Part shown: piece after piece, positions 1-12,948 of the stretch | Layout: each line of letters opens with the position of its first letter | Numbering within the stretch: the stretch's first letter is position 1 | Notes under the pieces: model-generated | Databases searched by the model: none | The model's input: only the letters and a program-made list of their open reading frames with translations | Told to the model about the DNA's origin: nothing | NCBI GenBank assembly: GCA_020536535.1 | Contig: JAHLWZ010000068.1 | Coordinates: 1 to 64,000, forward strand | Source: Pelomyxa schiedti | Taxonomy: Eukaryota > Protista > Evosea | DNA length: 64,000 nucleotides | Direction of reading: 5' to 3' | Made by a program: the position numbers and the translations under genes

Positions 1-105
1 GCTGGGATTTAGCCCAAGAAAAACTGTGATCCACTTGAGATTCGCTGTTGTTTCTACTTAAAAACAAGTTTGAATGCAAATCTCAGCGATTTCCATCCCC
101 ACAAC

Positions 106-296
106 AATTGGCTGAATAAAAAAAACACCAGACCGCCGATCCTGAGCGACGATAACGAAAAGTACAGCGTTCCGGTCTGTTGATTATTTTATTCAGCCAA
201 TTGGCTGAATAAAATAATCAACAGACCGGAACGCTGTCATTTTCCTTCTCATCGCTCAGGATCGGCGGTCTGGTGTTTTTTTTTATTCAGCCAATT
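106..296. mobile_element. Inverted (head-to-head) doublet of a ~90-bp MITE-like element with ~28-bp imperfect TIRs, separated and flanked by AATT
   Basis: AATT(106-109)-GGCTGAATAAAA...TTTTATTCAGCC(110-198)-AATT(199-202)-GGCTGAATAAAA...TTTTATTCAGCC(203-292)-AATT(293-296). Copy 2 is the reverse complement of copy 1 with 5 substitutions and one A-run indel. Confidence 0.7.
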
Positions 297-306
297 ACAA
301 AACCGA

Positions 307-1816
307 ATGAATAGATCCGCTCTTACGGTGTTGGTGCTCCTGTGGTCGTGCTGTGTGTCGTCTCTTGTCGGTGCGAGTCGCTATCGTGGTTGCGCTCATG
401 TTAGATCTCATTTGTTTTTTTCAGTTACCTTGGCCGGCGAAGACACGTTCATCGACGAGCAGTTTGTTGCCCGTGTGAATGCTAAACAAGGAAAAACAGC
501 GTGGGGGAAGACGTGGACTTCTTCTTTATCATCGTGGGTGCGTTTTCTTTGGATCTGCTCTTCCCACTAATTTTGTTGAAGACTGCCACTTTGCCGAGAG
601 AGAAGGCTATTGCTCTTCTTGGCGGAAACGATCCATCGACTTTCGAACGTATTTACCATTTTGCCCAGATTTATGAGACTTACTGTAGTATAGCACTCCC
701 TGAAAAACAATTTGCTGAACTCGCGACTGCCCCTGATGCGTTTGATTCACGGACGAACTGGTACAACGACTCTTTCAGAAAGTACTCATCTAACCAACAC
801 AAAGGCCCCAATGCGCCACTATGTTACAGATTAGGGATCAAGCTGATTGCGGGTAAACTACGAACCTTTTGAAGAAAACTTATTTCATGACATAGGTCTT
901 GCTGGGCATTCGGAGCTGTAGAAAGCATGTCAGATCGAGAATGCATTTTCAATAACATAAATGTCACTGTGTGTACTGGCACTCCTCCATTTCCGCATTA
1001 ATATCAGTAGCTTTCGGCTGAAGATATGAATTCCTGCAGTGGGGCTGGCTCATGCAACGGAGGGGATCCAGCTCTGGCTTACAAGTACTGGGTGGAAACT
1101 GGGGTGGTCACAGAGACCTGCAGGCCGTACAGGTACGCTTGAACAATTTTTGACAACCGATTCACGAGTTTTCTCAGTTTGGCGGGGTGCGACCATCACA
1201 TAGAGAACAGCAGTAACCCTTGTGCTGAAGAGTGTGTTGGATCCTTTGTTATCAAATATTCACGTTATTTAGTCTTGAACCAACCCCTCCTTGTGTTGAG
1301 TCTTGTGTTGAGGGCAGTGGCCTGGTGTGGGCAAAAGATATATACAAGGGTGCAAGTTCTTATTCTATGCGTGGTGAGCAACAAATGATGGACGAAATTG
1401 CCAAAAACGGACCTGTAGAGGTAACTTTCATGGTGTTTGACGACTTCTTGACTTACTCTGGCGGGGTATGTTGACATAATGCATTACACATCACTCCATA
1501 CTAATTATCAGGAAGATATACTACCATGTTGAGGGGCGTTATGGTGGAAACCATTGCGTTAAAGTTATGGGTTGGGGAGTAGAAAACGATGTCAAATACT
1601 GGATAGTTGCCAACAGGTATGAAAATACATAATTACCACCTTTTAATGAACCTTCCTGCTTAGTTGGAATGAGCACTGGGGAGAGAAGGGTTTTTTCAGG
1701 TTTCTTGCCATTTCCATGTCTAAGCCCTTTGCTCACCAACGCACAGAATACTCAAAGGGACTAACGAATGTGGCTTTGAAAGTTCTGTTGTGGCTGGAAT
1801 CCCAGCATCTCTCTGA
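307..1816 (+). CDS. CTSB: Cathepsin B-like cysteine protease (papain family C1A), multi-exon
   Basis: Signal peptide; spliced APDAFDSRTNWPQC...[25 protein letters not shown]; occluding loop GCDHH; NGPVEVTF; GNHCVKVMGWG; YWIVANSWNEHWGEKGFF; NECGFESSVVAGIP, TGA at 1814-1816. Confidence 0.95.
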
Positions 1817-1902
1817 TTCCGGTACAAGGTTTTTTTTAATAAACAAGACGAGAAAGTTCTTTACAAGGGTTTTTCTTTGTTGTTGTGTGGTGTTGTGTCT
1901 CG

Positions 1903-3207
1903 TCACTTGCCTGAAGAACTTTTTGAGCTGGATTTGTGTGATTTATGCTTATGGGTTTTCTTGTTTGTGTTGACTTCCTCAACAGGGGGCAACTGGCCTT
2001 CAATATGGTCCATTTCTGGCGATTTTTTGTCGGAACTCGAGCTGGATTTGGATTTTGTTCGGGGGTGCCTTTGGGGTGTTGTACTTGTTGTTGCCGTGGT
2101 CTCAGATTCTGCTTTTTTTCCTTCGGCTTTGCCATTCAGTTCATCTGCATCACCGGTTTTGGGAGCTTTTATTTGTTCGTTGCCCACTTCCACAACACCG
2201 TGGTGTGCCTTCTTCGGCTTCTTTAATTTGATGAGGTATCCCAAGCGGAGTTCACCTTTATGTGGGCCAGAACTAGAAGATTCTTGGTTGAGCTCTATCA
2301 GTACTCCTTCACCCCCGACTTTGATAATCATATTCTCGGGTCTTGAGGAAGTGGAACCGATCCTGCTTGTATCTCCATGTACCGAGCTATCTGATGATTC
2401 AATAAGTATCTCTGTTCCTTTTGGCCCAAAGAGTCTTTCCCAGAGACTAGTTGCCACTTCAGGTTCCTTTTGAGTCTTCTTATCCTTGCTCTTGCTTGAA
2501 GACGAGGAAGATTTCTCGGCTTTAGACAAATCGATTTTGCCCTTTGTTTTGGTTATGTGTTTTCTAGGAGTAGGGTGATCAGCTTTCGACTTTCTAGCTA
2601 CGGAACTTGTTGCAGATGATGGTGAACCTAATTCCGCCTTTCCATCTAGCTTCTTTGATTTCGATCTCGATCGAATTCCAAACCAGCCGGCTAATAAACT
2701 GCTGCTCGACGAGCTGGAACCAGACTCAGAATGAGAGCCAATAGATACATACTCCAACTTTTCGGGAGGTTTTTGAGCCTCCGCGACGGCAGCAACTTTT
2801 ACCGGCAAACTCAAGTTCATGGACTTGCCGTCAGAGTCGTTTTCCCCCGAAGGTTCCTTGAGACCAAACCAGCTGGCAAAGTACTTTGGCTTCGCAGGTT
2901 CCAGCCTGAAGTCATCAGGTTCCATCGCCCTCAGTCTATCAAGGTCCGCACTACGGCCCGTCATTCCCAGCATAGCAGCGGCCGCCGCTGAACCATCGCT
3001 GGGCTCGCCGGGATTCGAACCCGCGACCTCCACGCCCACCTGCACTTCGAATCCAAAACTCCCCCCTGACTTCTTTTCCATCGTCTTAGCCACAGAATGG
3101 CGATTTTTTTTGTGGCGTCTGCTACTGCTACTGGTGCTGGATTTGGATTTGGATTTCTTGGTTGTGGTCGATATTTCTAAAACCACATCGGCTGTTGGCG
3201 ATGACAT
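1903..3207 (-). CDS. Hypothetical Ser/Lys-rich low-complexity protein (single exon, 434 aa)
   Basis: Uninterrupted ATG-initiated 434-aa ORF with a poly-A-rich 5' flank; no recognisable domain. Confidence 0.75.
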   Translation of the reverse strand: MSSPTADVVLEISTTTKKSKSKSSTSSSSRRHKKNRHSVAKTMEKKSGGSFGFEVQVGVEVAGSNPGEPSDGSAAAAAMLGMTGRSADLDRLRAMEPDDFRLEPAKPKYFASWFGLKEPSGENDSDGKSMNLSLPVKVAAVAEAQKPPEKLEYVSIGSHSESGSSSSSSSLLAGWFGIRSRSKSKKLDGKAELGSPSSATSSVARKSKADHPTPRKHITKTKGKIDLSKAEKSSSSSSKSKDKKTQKEPEVATSLWERLFGPKGTEILIESSDSSVHGDTSRIGSTSSRPENMIIKVGGEGVLIELNQESSSSGPHKGELRLGYLIKLKKPKKAHHGVVEVGNEQIKAPKTGDADELNGKAEGKKAESETTATTSTTPQRHPRTKSKSSSSSDKKSPEMDHIEGQLPPVEEVNTNKKTHKHKSHKSSSKSSSGK

Positions 3208-3397
3208 GGACGTAGTGTGCTTGTTTTTTTGTTTTTTTTTTTTTTCTTTGGTGTTTGTGTCTTGGTTTTTCTTTCGAACTCTCAGGGAGTTAGGAGAACG
3301 GCTTTTCGTTTCTTGATTTTGCTATTTTTTGTGGAACACCGATTTTCGCAGCGAAATTGAGGTTGGCTCCGACAAGCAGGCTGCCTTGGTGCACGTT

Positions 3398-4220
3398 TCA
3401 TAATTTTTGTTTTTTACAGGCTTCCCTTTTGTGTATCTCTCTGACAAGTAGGTCGATGGCCTCGTTCACATTTTGCCCTGTAATAGCTGATGTCTCTCTG
3501 GATAGTGTTATTATATGTTGCTGGGTTTTTTCTGTCCACACATGTATGGCACATTCAGTTTATGAGCAAGTTCTGCCAATTGTTCAGATTTTACAACCCT
3601 TTCTTCCACCAGGTCGACTTTGTTGCCACAAAGTACAACTGCTAGGCTGCTCAAGTCAGTCTTCTCTTTAAGCCTCAATATCTGTGACCTGACAATTTAG
3701 AATAAGAACAGGCTATGGAAAAATGCCTTACACAAGTGAATCAACAAAGGTAAAGGTACTTAAAGAGTTGGTGGCAATGATAATGAGGAAGGCATTGTGC
3801 CTCCTGATTGACGGTTCCAACATACTAGTAAACTCATCATGGCCACAACAAGTATCTAAAAACTCTAGTGTGCATGTCCTTCCATCGATCACAAAGCCAC
3901 TCTTCACATAGTGATCCTGCAGGGAAAAGAAATTACCACGTTAATCCCTCGTCGTTAGTAATACCTCAATGGTCGGATCATACTCTTCAAAAAGAAACGT
4001 TAAGACTCATTTGAATAGGGTCTATTTTCTAAAATATTTTGAATTCAAAAAGAAACCAGCCTGTAGGAACGGAATGAGTTAAAAATTTCAGAGTGATAGC
4101 AGATTTCCCCACGCCGGCGTCACCAAGCACAATTATTTCGTGGCTGGTCTCGCACCTCCCTGGTTCAATCGGCTCGAGGGTCGTTGTCGTGCTTCCTAGC
4201 CCAAAAAACCGGTGGAACAT
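3398..4220 (-). CDS. Divergent Ras-family small GTPase
   Basis: G1 GDAGVGKS; effector loop EYDPTIEDHY; G3-like DTCCGHDE; G4 LCGNKVDL; G5 ETSAITG; stop at 3398-3400; start ATG 4220 tentative. Confidence 0.85.
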
Positions 4221-4701
4221 TCCAAAGGCAGAATCAAAAAACCGATGTTCAACGAATGGCTCCAATCAAACGGTTGATTCGGATCACAGCGAAAATAATG
4301 GCCATGAAGGGTGACGCGAGGGTTCTGTCGAGTGAAATTACTGAGGTCATTGAAACGATGAACAGATTGCAGTTGCCGATGCCATTTCTCTCCCACAATT
4401 CATTGCGAATAGCCAACAAACCCCTTCAGAGCCGAGGGAAAAGGTCAACCGTCGGCTGAACAGCACGACAAGGCCGTAGCCAGTTTTCTTGCGAAGTTTC
4501 AACCCACTCTTACACTTTTTTTTAAAATTTGGTTTGACTCTTACACTATCTTTTTTCCAGTGGAGGCATTCTTTTTTTGGGTGCATCTGCTGTAGTGAAA
4601 AGATGTGATGTGAAAACTGGCACAGTCTTCTGTGATGCACTCTCATTCGTGTATAATCTATCTTTTCTCAAGGTTACTCAACTTTCGTTAGTAATGGTAA
4701 G

Positions 4702-5695
4702 ATGGACTGCTACCGAATGCGGGCCAACTTCATTTACGGATCATGGGAATTCTTGTTATCTGAGACCCCTCCAATCACCTACATTACATTTGAAAGCAGC
4801 TCAATCTTTACCATCCCTGACAATTTTGTGTACTCCCCAAACGTGCGCACACTGGATCTCAGCAGGAACTTTGTATGGCTCTGCAATGTATTCTTGTTGC
4901 TCAACTTTTTTTTTTTTTTTTTTTTTAGCTTCACGACGTACCTGTAACGATTTGCAATCTTATCAATCTGCAATCACTTCAGCTTTGGGTGAATCCACTC
5001 ACCCGACTTCCTATTGAATTGGCGGCCTTAACCTCACTCCAGGTAAGATATCCTGAAAAATTAATATTAATTCGCATCCTAAGGACTTAAATGTCTCCTC
5101 TACACACCTCCCTGTATATCCAAGAGAATTATGCCTTCCCTCTCTCCGCACACTGATACTTGGTGACAATACACTCACCACTTTGCCTGATGAGATCTCC
5201 AACATGACATCACTCACCGAACTAAATGTTGGCCTGAACTCTCTTACCCACGTTCCCGCTACTATTGCAAACATGCCATCGTTGCGGCTCTTACATCTAT
5301 TCTCTAACCACCTCTCCGCATTACCCCTGCTTCCCAGTTCCCTAGTCGAATTGGATTTGTGGTCCAACCAAATACACACTCCTGACATCCTTCACGGCTG
5401 CACAGCACTGACCACACTGAATCTTGGCAAGAATGGGCTTACCGGTACCCCAAACTTCACACAATTCACTTGTCTCCACACCCTTAAAATTACATTCAAC
5501 ACAATGGCCACATTCCCCATTCTGCCACCATCAATTGAGGAAGTTGACATTGGATTCAACACTCCTGTTCTCACAGTTCCAGAAGATATAGGCCATCACT
5601 GCCCCAACCTCAAAAAAATCATACTACCAACACAAGGCCTCGCAGCCCCCACAGGCTTCACTGAAACACGCAATTGGTTTATAAGAAAACTCTGA
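4702..5695 (+). CDS. Leucine-rich repeat protein
   Basis: LRR units LTELNVGLNSL, LRLLHLFSNHL, LVELDLWSNQI, LTTLNLGKNGL, VRTLDLSRNF over several exons; 5' end approximate. Confidence 0.85.
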
Positions 5696-5850
5696 CAGAG
5701 AGCCACCAAAGCAACCAACAAAATTTTTTGCCCTGATTCCAAAAAATTGACTTCAGGGTACGAAAAGACTCAAGTTCTATCGGCTCCGATCATTCCGTTG
5801 ATTCGTATAACGGACGATTTGATCATCACGAACCCAACAAACAAAAAATA

Positions 5851-8800
5851 ATGTCGGCGACCAAACGGGGACCGACAGGTACTACCGGAAATACGTCACG
5901 TAGCAAGAACACGAAGAAGAACGCCGAAGTGACGAGATCTGGCACGGCAGCAACAAGTACTGCGGCAACATCAAATACTACATCGTCGTCAACTGCATCT
6001 TCGAACGCAACTGTGGTTGTTACGAAACCAGCGCTGGCAAATTTTATGCCTCCGCCAAAAACTCCTGCTCCGAGACCAAAGATTCATGACACTAGCTTGG
6101 CGATCTGTGAAGGTGGGTCTCGGTGCCACTTTATTTTGTGGTGTATTGATGTCCTAGAAAGTTGCAGATGATGCGGTTATGAAGACCGACCCTCATGACT
6201 TCATAAGGCATATTGTGACACACATCACCACTCGCGAGGAACTGCTGTCGGTAGCGAATCACATTGCTGTCACCAAAGGATTGAGTGATGTATTTTCTTG
6301 CCTCTAAAAAAGCTTTCTAAACTTGCTCATCCAGTGGTGTGCCGAATTTCTTGCCGGCACAGACGATTTAACTGGTGTTTCAGCTCTGCGAAATTTTATC
6401 CAGGACTGTAAGCCACACTCCAGTAAAGAGGCCAAGGCAACACAACGCAAAAGTCTAACAGATGTTCCTCCACCGTCATCTGTTCCTTCTCACATTCTAT
6501 TATCCCCGCCACCCAGTCCACCCCCTTCAGCATCGCTTCCCGTTTCAGCAACCTTAGTTCCTTCTGCTCCGGCCCCTTCACCCCCTAAAACAATAACAAG
6601 AATAACATCACTCTATCCTCCTCCCCCGTTAGCACCACGAACTCCACCTCCCATGCATACTTTTACACCTCAACGCACAACATTGGATAACTCCAAATGT
6701 GTTTCATTATCACGCTCTTCACCACTCAGCTCATCTTCCAAAGTTTCCCATGATGCATCACCGACCTCCTCCACTCCTACACTCACAAAAAGCACTTCCC
6801 TTAGTGCCCATTCAATCAACTTGTCAACTACATCACCACTAACAAATCAACAACCTCAAACTGGTGCACACCCACTTGTCAAGTCATCATCCTCAAACAC
6901 ATTACCTATGAAACTTTCAAAAACCAACAAAGCCCATAGTCACAGTAGTCCGTCTCTCCACACGTCCTTTCTTCAACGCACTGCCACCTATATTCAGCTC
7001 ACCCCAACCCAGACCACACAAATAGCAGCACGCCACCGCTCTGAACCTTCCAATATTTTTATTGCGGAATTCCAATTGTTGGAAGGGGCACTACTAGTAA
7101 TAAGTTCACTTCTAACAACAACCGTGTGCTGGAAATAGTGATATCCCGTCGTCTAAAAAACCCCTAGACAGGTACCAAAGCTATTTCAAAAGAATCATCT
7201 GTGATACAATGTCTACTTTCTCTTATCGACACTCATGAGCAACCTCTTCCTAATATTGTTTTGTACTTCCTCCTCACCCCACACAAACTTTAGAGACTGT
7301 TGAAATCTTCTACTCACTAAATACTAGAGAAATACTCTGTGAGTTCTCCCGATTTTTCCCCGAAAAGTTGGTATTTATATGAAGCTTTGTAATTCTGCTC
7401 ACCTTCCTTCTTTTATAGGTTAGAACAAGTGCTATCATTACTCCCAGAAGCAAAGGACTATCAGCCTCTCACAAAGTTCCTGATAGACTCCGAATCGCCA
7501 GGCTTTGTAAAAGTTGTTCATCCCTTCTCAAATCTAGATGTAACTCGTCATTTAGTTATTAAGCTTGAGCACCTTAAACCGGGTACTTGTGCATAAACAA
7601 GACCTGAAAACACGTCTATTTGCTCGCAATAATTTATGGAAAATACTGGGCCCTCTGATAGGAAAAATAAGAGGGCACCCAAACAGTGCTGCCTCATTGA
7701 AGGAAGAAGAAAATACCGAAATTGAATTGCAGCTTGAACAATTTGAGTCCAGCATGAATGAAGAAATATCCTATTTCTATTCACACCAAAGAAAGCAAAA
7801 AATAATAGATTTGAGAGAAGACCCAACTCAGACAACCTCGACTCTCAAGTATATTTTATTGTTGGAATGTTTGTCTTCCTAATTTATTCCAGTGTGGACT
7901 TGCGTTGTCCAGAAGTTTCTGTTAGAAATATTATACTTCCCTTCTCAGAGTATGATACTGTTTCCACACTTCTTCAGAGAATAGTTCTTGTTGTTGGAAT
8001 GGCACCTGAATTGGTACCAATTCCCATCTTTTGGGTGGCACTAATTGCACTCCCAAAGTCATCAACATATGCCCTTGCCTGCTATAATGCATCGGAATGT
8101 ATCTTTTTTGATGAGCGCAAATTGATGCATTCCTATCAAAGTTCCTTTGGAACAGGCCAGGTGCCTACTCCTTTTTGCTGTACCATGCATTGACCTTTGT
8201 CAGCTATCTTGCCTTTTGGTACAGACTCCAAGGCAAATTCCAATTAGTGTACCTGAACTTCCAGAGGGACAATATTTTTGTGAACTGCAGACAACATGTC
8301 ATGTAGGTGAGGTTACATTTGATATTTCACTGAACTGTTCAAAGGAAGCTTTGGTGAAAATAATTTCTCGCATAAGAATGGAATCCTCACCTGAGGACTA
8401 TGGCTTGTTTGCCCAACCAAGAGATAACTCAAAAAAAGGAGTCTGGATACCAGAAACCAGCACTGTTTCCGAGTACAAAAAAAATGAAAACGTATGCTGT
8501 AAACAAAAAAATATTAGCACCAACCAAACAAAAGGACACAACAATTCTCTTCATGTGTAGACCAAGATATTTCACAATACAAATTGGAGAAGACACCATA
8601 TCAGAATGTATTGATCTTACAAACCCTATACGTACAGTAGCTCGTGACATAATGCACAACTTATGCGGCTCACTTACTCTCGCTGAGGAATATCAAATGA
8701 TTGCCTCCTGTAGGTCATCAATTTTCACTTTCTTTTTATTTATTTACTTAGCACCTGGAAAACAAATTCCCCTTGAAGAACATAAAAACTTGAAGTTTTA

Positions 8801-10840
8801 TTGCCTTTCAGGAGATGTATGTAGTTGTGGGTATAAACTTCTTGAAGTGATCTATCCAAGGTTCGTCTATTACTCGTTCCCCGTGTACGTAAGATGACAG
8901 TTATTCTGCCAAATGGCCGTGAATATGTCAAAGATGTTCACCTCACACACAGTAGTGCAGATTTCTTGAAAAGAATTTGTGGGGAGTACAACCTTCTCTC
9001 ACAAAATTATGTTGTTCAAAAGGTCACCACCGATGGGAAAACTGGTGTCTTCTCCCTCCATTCTTGAAAAGTTCTCATATGTGTGTAGTGACTCTTGTTC
9101 CATGGACTGCGTTAAAGCAACAAGGAGTCCGCCTTGGTGACAAACTTGCACTTAAAGAGATCCCAAATACTACCTCTAAGTTGTCATCTGAGGACCTGGA
9201 AGCAGATACCAGTATATGGGATAAAGGCGTTACATCAGAGCAACTACCAGGTGCAATTTTACACTCATTCTATTCTTCTTAGAGAGCTTAGAGTTTTCTT
9301 TGGACAGCTCCAAGACTTTTCGTCCAACAACCCTCAATATTCTGGTTCGAATGCTTACAAACGAGGATCAAGTTGGTGTGCGATTTTTTTAGAAAATTGG
9401 AAATTAAAACCAAATCAACAGATAACCACTTCATAAAAACCTTTCTTACAACATATCTTTCATTCACCACGTCTGAGATTCTTCTGCACAAACTTCGGGA
9501 AAGGTAGGCGGATTTGGAATTCTATCTGCTAAGACACTTTGTAGATTTGATGTACCTGGCCACATTCCCGAACAACAAAGAGCACAGATTCAGTGGCGCG
9601 TTTGTGCTGTGTTAAACTATTGGGTAGATATGCAGTGGGAGACATCTACTTCTGCTTTAGATGGGATTTATGATTTTGTAAACAAGCTCACACAAGGTCA
9701 ACTTGCACCAATGGTGAAACGGCTACAAAATTCTATCGTAAGCAAGGTAATGGATACCACGGGCAGAAGTGGTAGGAATAACTCACTTAAACAACAGAGG
9801 ATGAAACCTCACCGGGAGTACCACTTTCTAGAGCCGCCGCCTCCCCCCTTGGTGAGCCTTTCCAAACTCTTCAAATTGGGACCTCAAAGCAACCAACTCA
9901 AAAAAAAAAGATCAATATCACGGCTCTACCTTGTCCCTGGACAGAAATAAATCCAGTTGAAATTGCCCGCCAACTTACCATCACTACATTCCATTTTTAT
10001 AGTGGCATCAAGGTTTCGTTACTCACCTAAAATCTCACACTAACATTGACACAGCCCACAGAATTCTTTCGTCTTGCATGGAGCAAGCCGGAACTCCGAC
10101 ACTTGTCTCCAAACATTGTGGAACTTACTAACTTATTCAACAAAATTACAAATTGGGTCACGCATTCACTTGTCAGTACCCCCAAAATCCGAGATCGCAT
10201 CAATGTGTTCCACCGTCATATTATGACGGCATTAAAACTAAAGGAGCTCTGCAACTTTCACTTGTTAATGGCATATATTTCAGCCATAAACAGTGCCCCA
10301 GTTCAAAGACTTAAATGGACGAAGAGCAAATTACCCAAAGCAGCCAAACAGGTTTTCTTTTTTAAAAGAACTGACCAAAAGAGATGACCTAATTTAAAGA
10401 CTCTATTGGAGCTGGAAGACCTCACCAATATAGCGGGATCATACAGAAATTTACGGTCGACTATAAGTTCTTGTACACCGCCGTGCATTCCATATATCGG
10501 GATTTACTTGATTGACCTGACTTTTATTGGTATCTATCAAATAGGTTGCTCCGAAACTCACACAACGTACAGAGGAAGGAAATCCTGACACAGTGGATGG
10601 TCTCATAAACTTTGAGGTACTTTCCCCGAGGTATTCATAAGCTCTTATTCATTCCCTTTCCAGAAGAGGAAACTCATCTACAAAGCTATCGATGTGGTGC
10701 AGCAGTACCAAGAGGTTGGCTACAATCTAAGCCCCGTCAAAGGAGTAATACCGGAAGTGGGCTTTGTGCCCGAGGAGCAGATGTTCAACATGTCCCTCCA
10801 AGTGGAACCCAGAGGAGCTTCCTTCAAGGACATATCATAG
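5851..10840 (+). CDS. RasGEF (REM + CDC25 domains) with long N-terminal low-complexity region and possible ubiquitin/FERM-like repeats
   Basis: REM: FIKTFLTTYLSFTTSEILLHKLRER...RVCAVLNYWV. CDC25: ARQLT, FNKITNWV, CNFHLLMAYISAINSAPVQRLKWT, PCIPYIGIYLIDLTFI, GLINFEKR, SLQVEPR; TAG 10838-10840. Treating 5851-9300 as the same gene is inferred from the splice pattern. Confidence 0.85.
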
Positions 10841-11207
10841 GATACCAATCCCCTATGTGATTCCCCCTTTTTGCTGTAACAACAACGATTTTGGTGTACA
10901 AATAGACCCCACATGTAAGACCCTGTTTCTTTTTTTTCGTCCATTCCCTGTAAGGTTTGGCGATTTCCTTTCCTAATAGTACTGCAAAATGCCATAGCAA
11001 ACAGATGTAACTGCCCGGACGAAATTTGCGTGGAAGTGACAGTAAAGCTGAATATCCGATGTATCAAAAACCCAACAAAAATCAATGTGGCTTCTGCCCC
11101 CAAACACCCACTTCATCCGATCAAGGAATAAGCCTAGAGTTTCTGCCCGATAAAACAAAGATTAAAACAACGTGTACTAGTAGTACCGCCGGATCTCACG
11201 CACTGCG

Positions 11208-12811
11208 ATGTTAGACGTACCTCAGCGAGATGATGCGGACAGTGAGTCGTCGAGACTAAAGGGAAGTGACACTACGACAAATCTGCACGCTCCGAGTAAC
11301 GCCATGAGGGTGTTTGTGCTTGGTATATTTGTGCTGCTGGGAGTTGGTGTACTCCTCCCCTGGAACGCGATGATAACTGCGTGTGTGTTTTTTTCACATA
11401 ATCGTGGGGGGAGCTTCTTACCGAAATGCGTAGCTACGACTACTGGAATCACTTTTACCCTGACTTCCAGTTTCTTTTTGCCCTGGGGATTGCATACAAC
11501 TGGCCCTGTTTATTTGCCTCACTTGCTTCTGTTTGGTTGGCGCCAAAGTATGTGTCCCCACAAAAAAGTCTGCTCACGAATCTGCTAGGTTTTCTTTCCT
11601 CTCGAGGCTGTTTGTGGGGTTTAGCACAACCCTGGTCACACTTGTACTTGTTCCAATTTTGACAGAAACTGTCGATCCATCTGTATCACTGTATCTGAAT
11701 TTGGTTCTCACGGTGCTTATCTTCCACGCTGTCATTCCCTGCACTGACATTACTAAGGGTATACTTGGAGCGGTAACAGGCTTTCTGTTTTGCACAGTTA
11801 CATCTCTCGCTGTATTATTCCCTGGGAACCAAATCACTGCCGTTATGGTTGGAAACGGAGTAGCTGGTGTTGCCGTAAGCAATGGCTTTTTTCAATCACT
11901 TTTCTTAGTTCTAACAGATATGTGGTATTCGAATTCTCACCAAAGCCACCCTTTCTGGTGTTGAAAACAGTTACTCAATCAGTGGCGCACTGTACTTCTC
12001 AATTGGTGCCTTTGTTCTGCTTTTGTGCGTAATTGGCAGTGTAATACTTCTCAAAATGAAGGCAACACACCAAATGATGCAAGACACCGAGAAGCTTCCG
12101 CTTCTAGCCAAGGATGGAGAAGAGGGCAGTCTAACACATAGCGAATTGAACGGCACTGCACCGCCTGAATCCACCAAGGACACAATTAATGCATCACCCA
12201 CTGATGCAAAGAAACTTCATGGTCTACTGGGTATCATCAAGAAGTCAATATGGTTCGCCCTTCTTCTCTTTGTGGTGTTCTTTGTCACCCTATCCATATT
12301 TCCTGGAGTCACCACACTGATACCATCATCAAACGACTCCCTAGGAGACTGGTTCCCAGTCATCCTCATCACCCTATTCAACGTATTTGACTTCATCGGC
12401 CGAAGCATGCCGAACTTTGAGTTAATTTGCGTTCCAACAGTTGTTCTATCCATCATGTCTTATCTGCGCCTTGGCTTCTTCGTTCTCTTTGTGCTTAGTG
12501 CCATGGACTACATGACATACAACTCATGGTCATACATCATGGTTGCCTTGATGGGACTGAGCAATGGTTACTGTGGCACACTAGCACTGAAGTATGCACC
12601 AACCAAGGTTGAACCGCACGAAATGGAGGTTGCCGGAACCTTCTTTGGCTTCGCCCTCCAGTTCGGCATATTCTGTGGCTGCAACTTCGCCATGCTCCTT
12701 CTATACCTCATCACCGGCAGTGTATTTGGACCCACAGCAAGCAGTAGCAGCAGTAGCAACAGCACTTTGTCTTTTGTATCCGCGCTAGCCTCCTCCTCCT
12801 CCTCCTCCTAG
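11208..12811 (+). CDS. Equilibrative nucleoside transporter (SLC29/ENT family)
   Basis: LLGVGVLLPWNAMITA, VMVGNGVAGV, ITLFNVFDFIGR, GLSNGYCGTL, GIFCG motifs; many TM segments. Confidence 0.92.
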
Positions 12812-12948
12812 GAGGAAAAATTAAATGGCAAGATTTAAAAATTTGAGAAACTGCGCTTTTTTTTTTATATTTTTGGCTCCCAGCTCCCGTGTTGCGTTTT
12901 GGCTCACAACAGTTAAAAAAAACAGAGGCGACGAGTGGGGTTGTATCA

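Noticed and set aside
3001-3032. Minus-strand GGTCGCGGGTTCGAATCCCGGCGAGCCCA resembling a tRNA T-arm and 3' end
   Set aside because: There is no complementary 5' acceptor strand, D-arm or anticodon arm upstream, and it lies in frame within the 434-aa CDS (EVAGSNPGEP).
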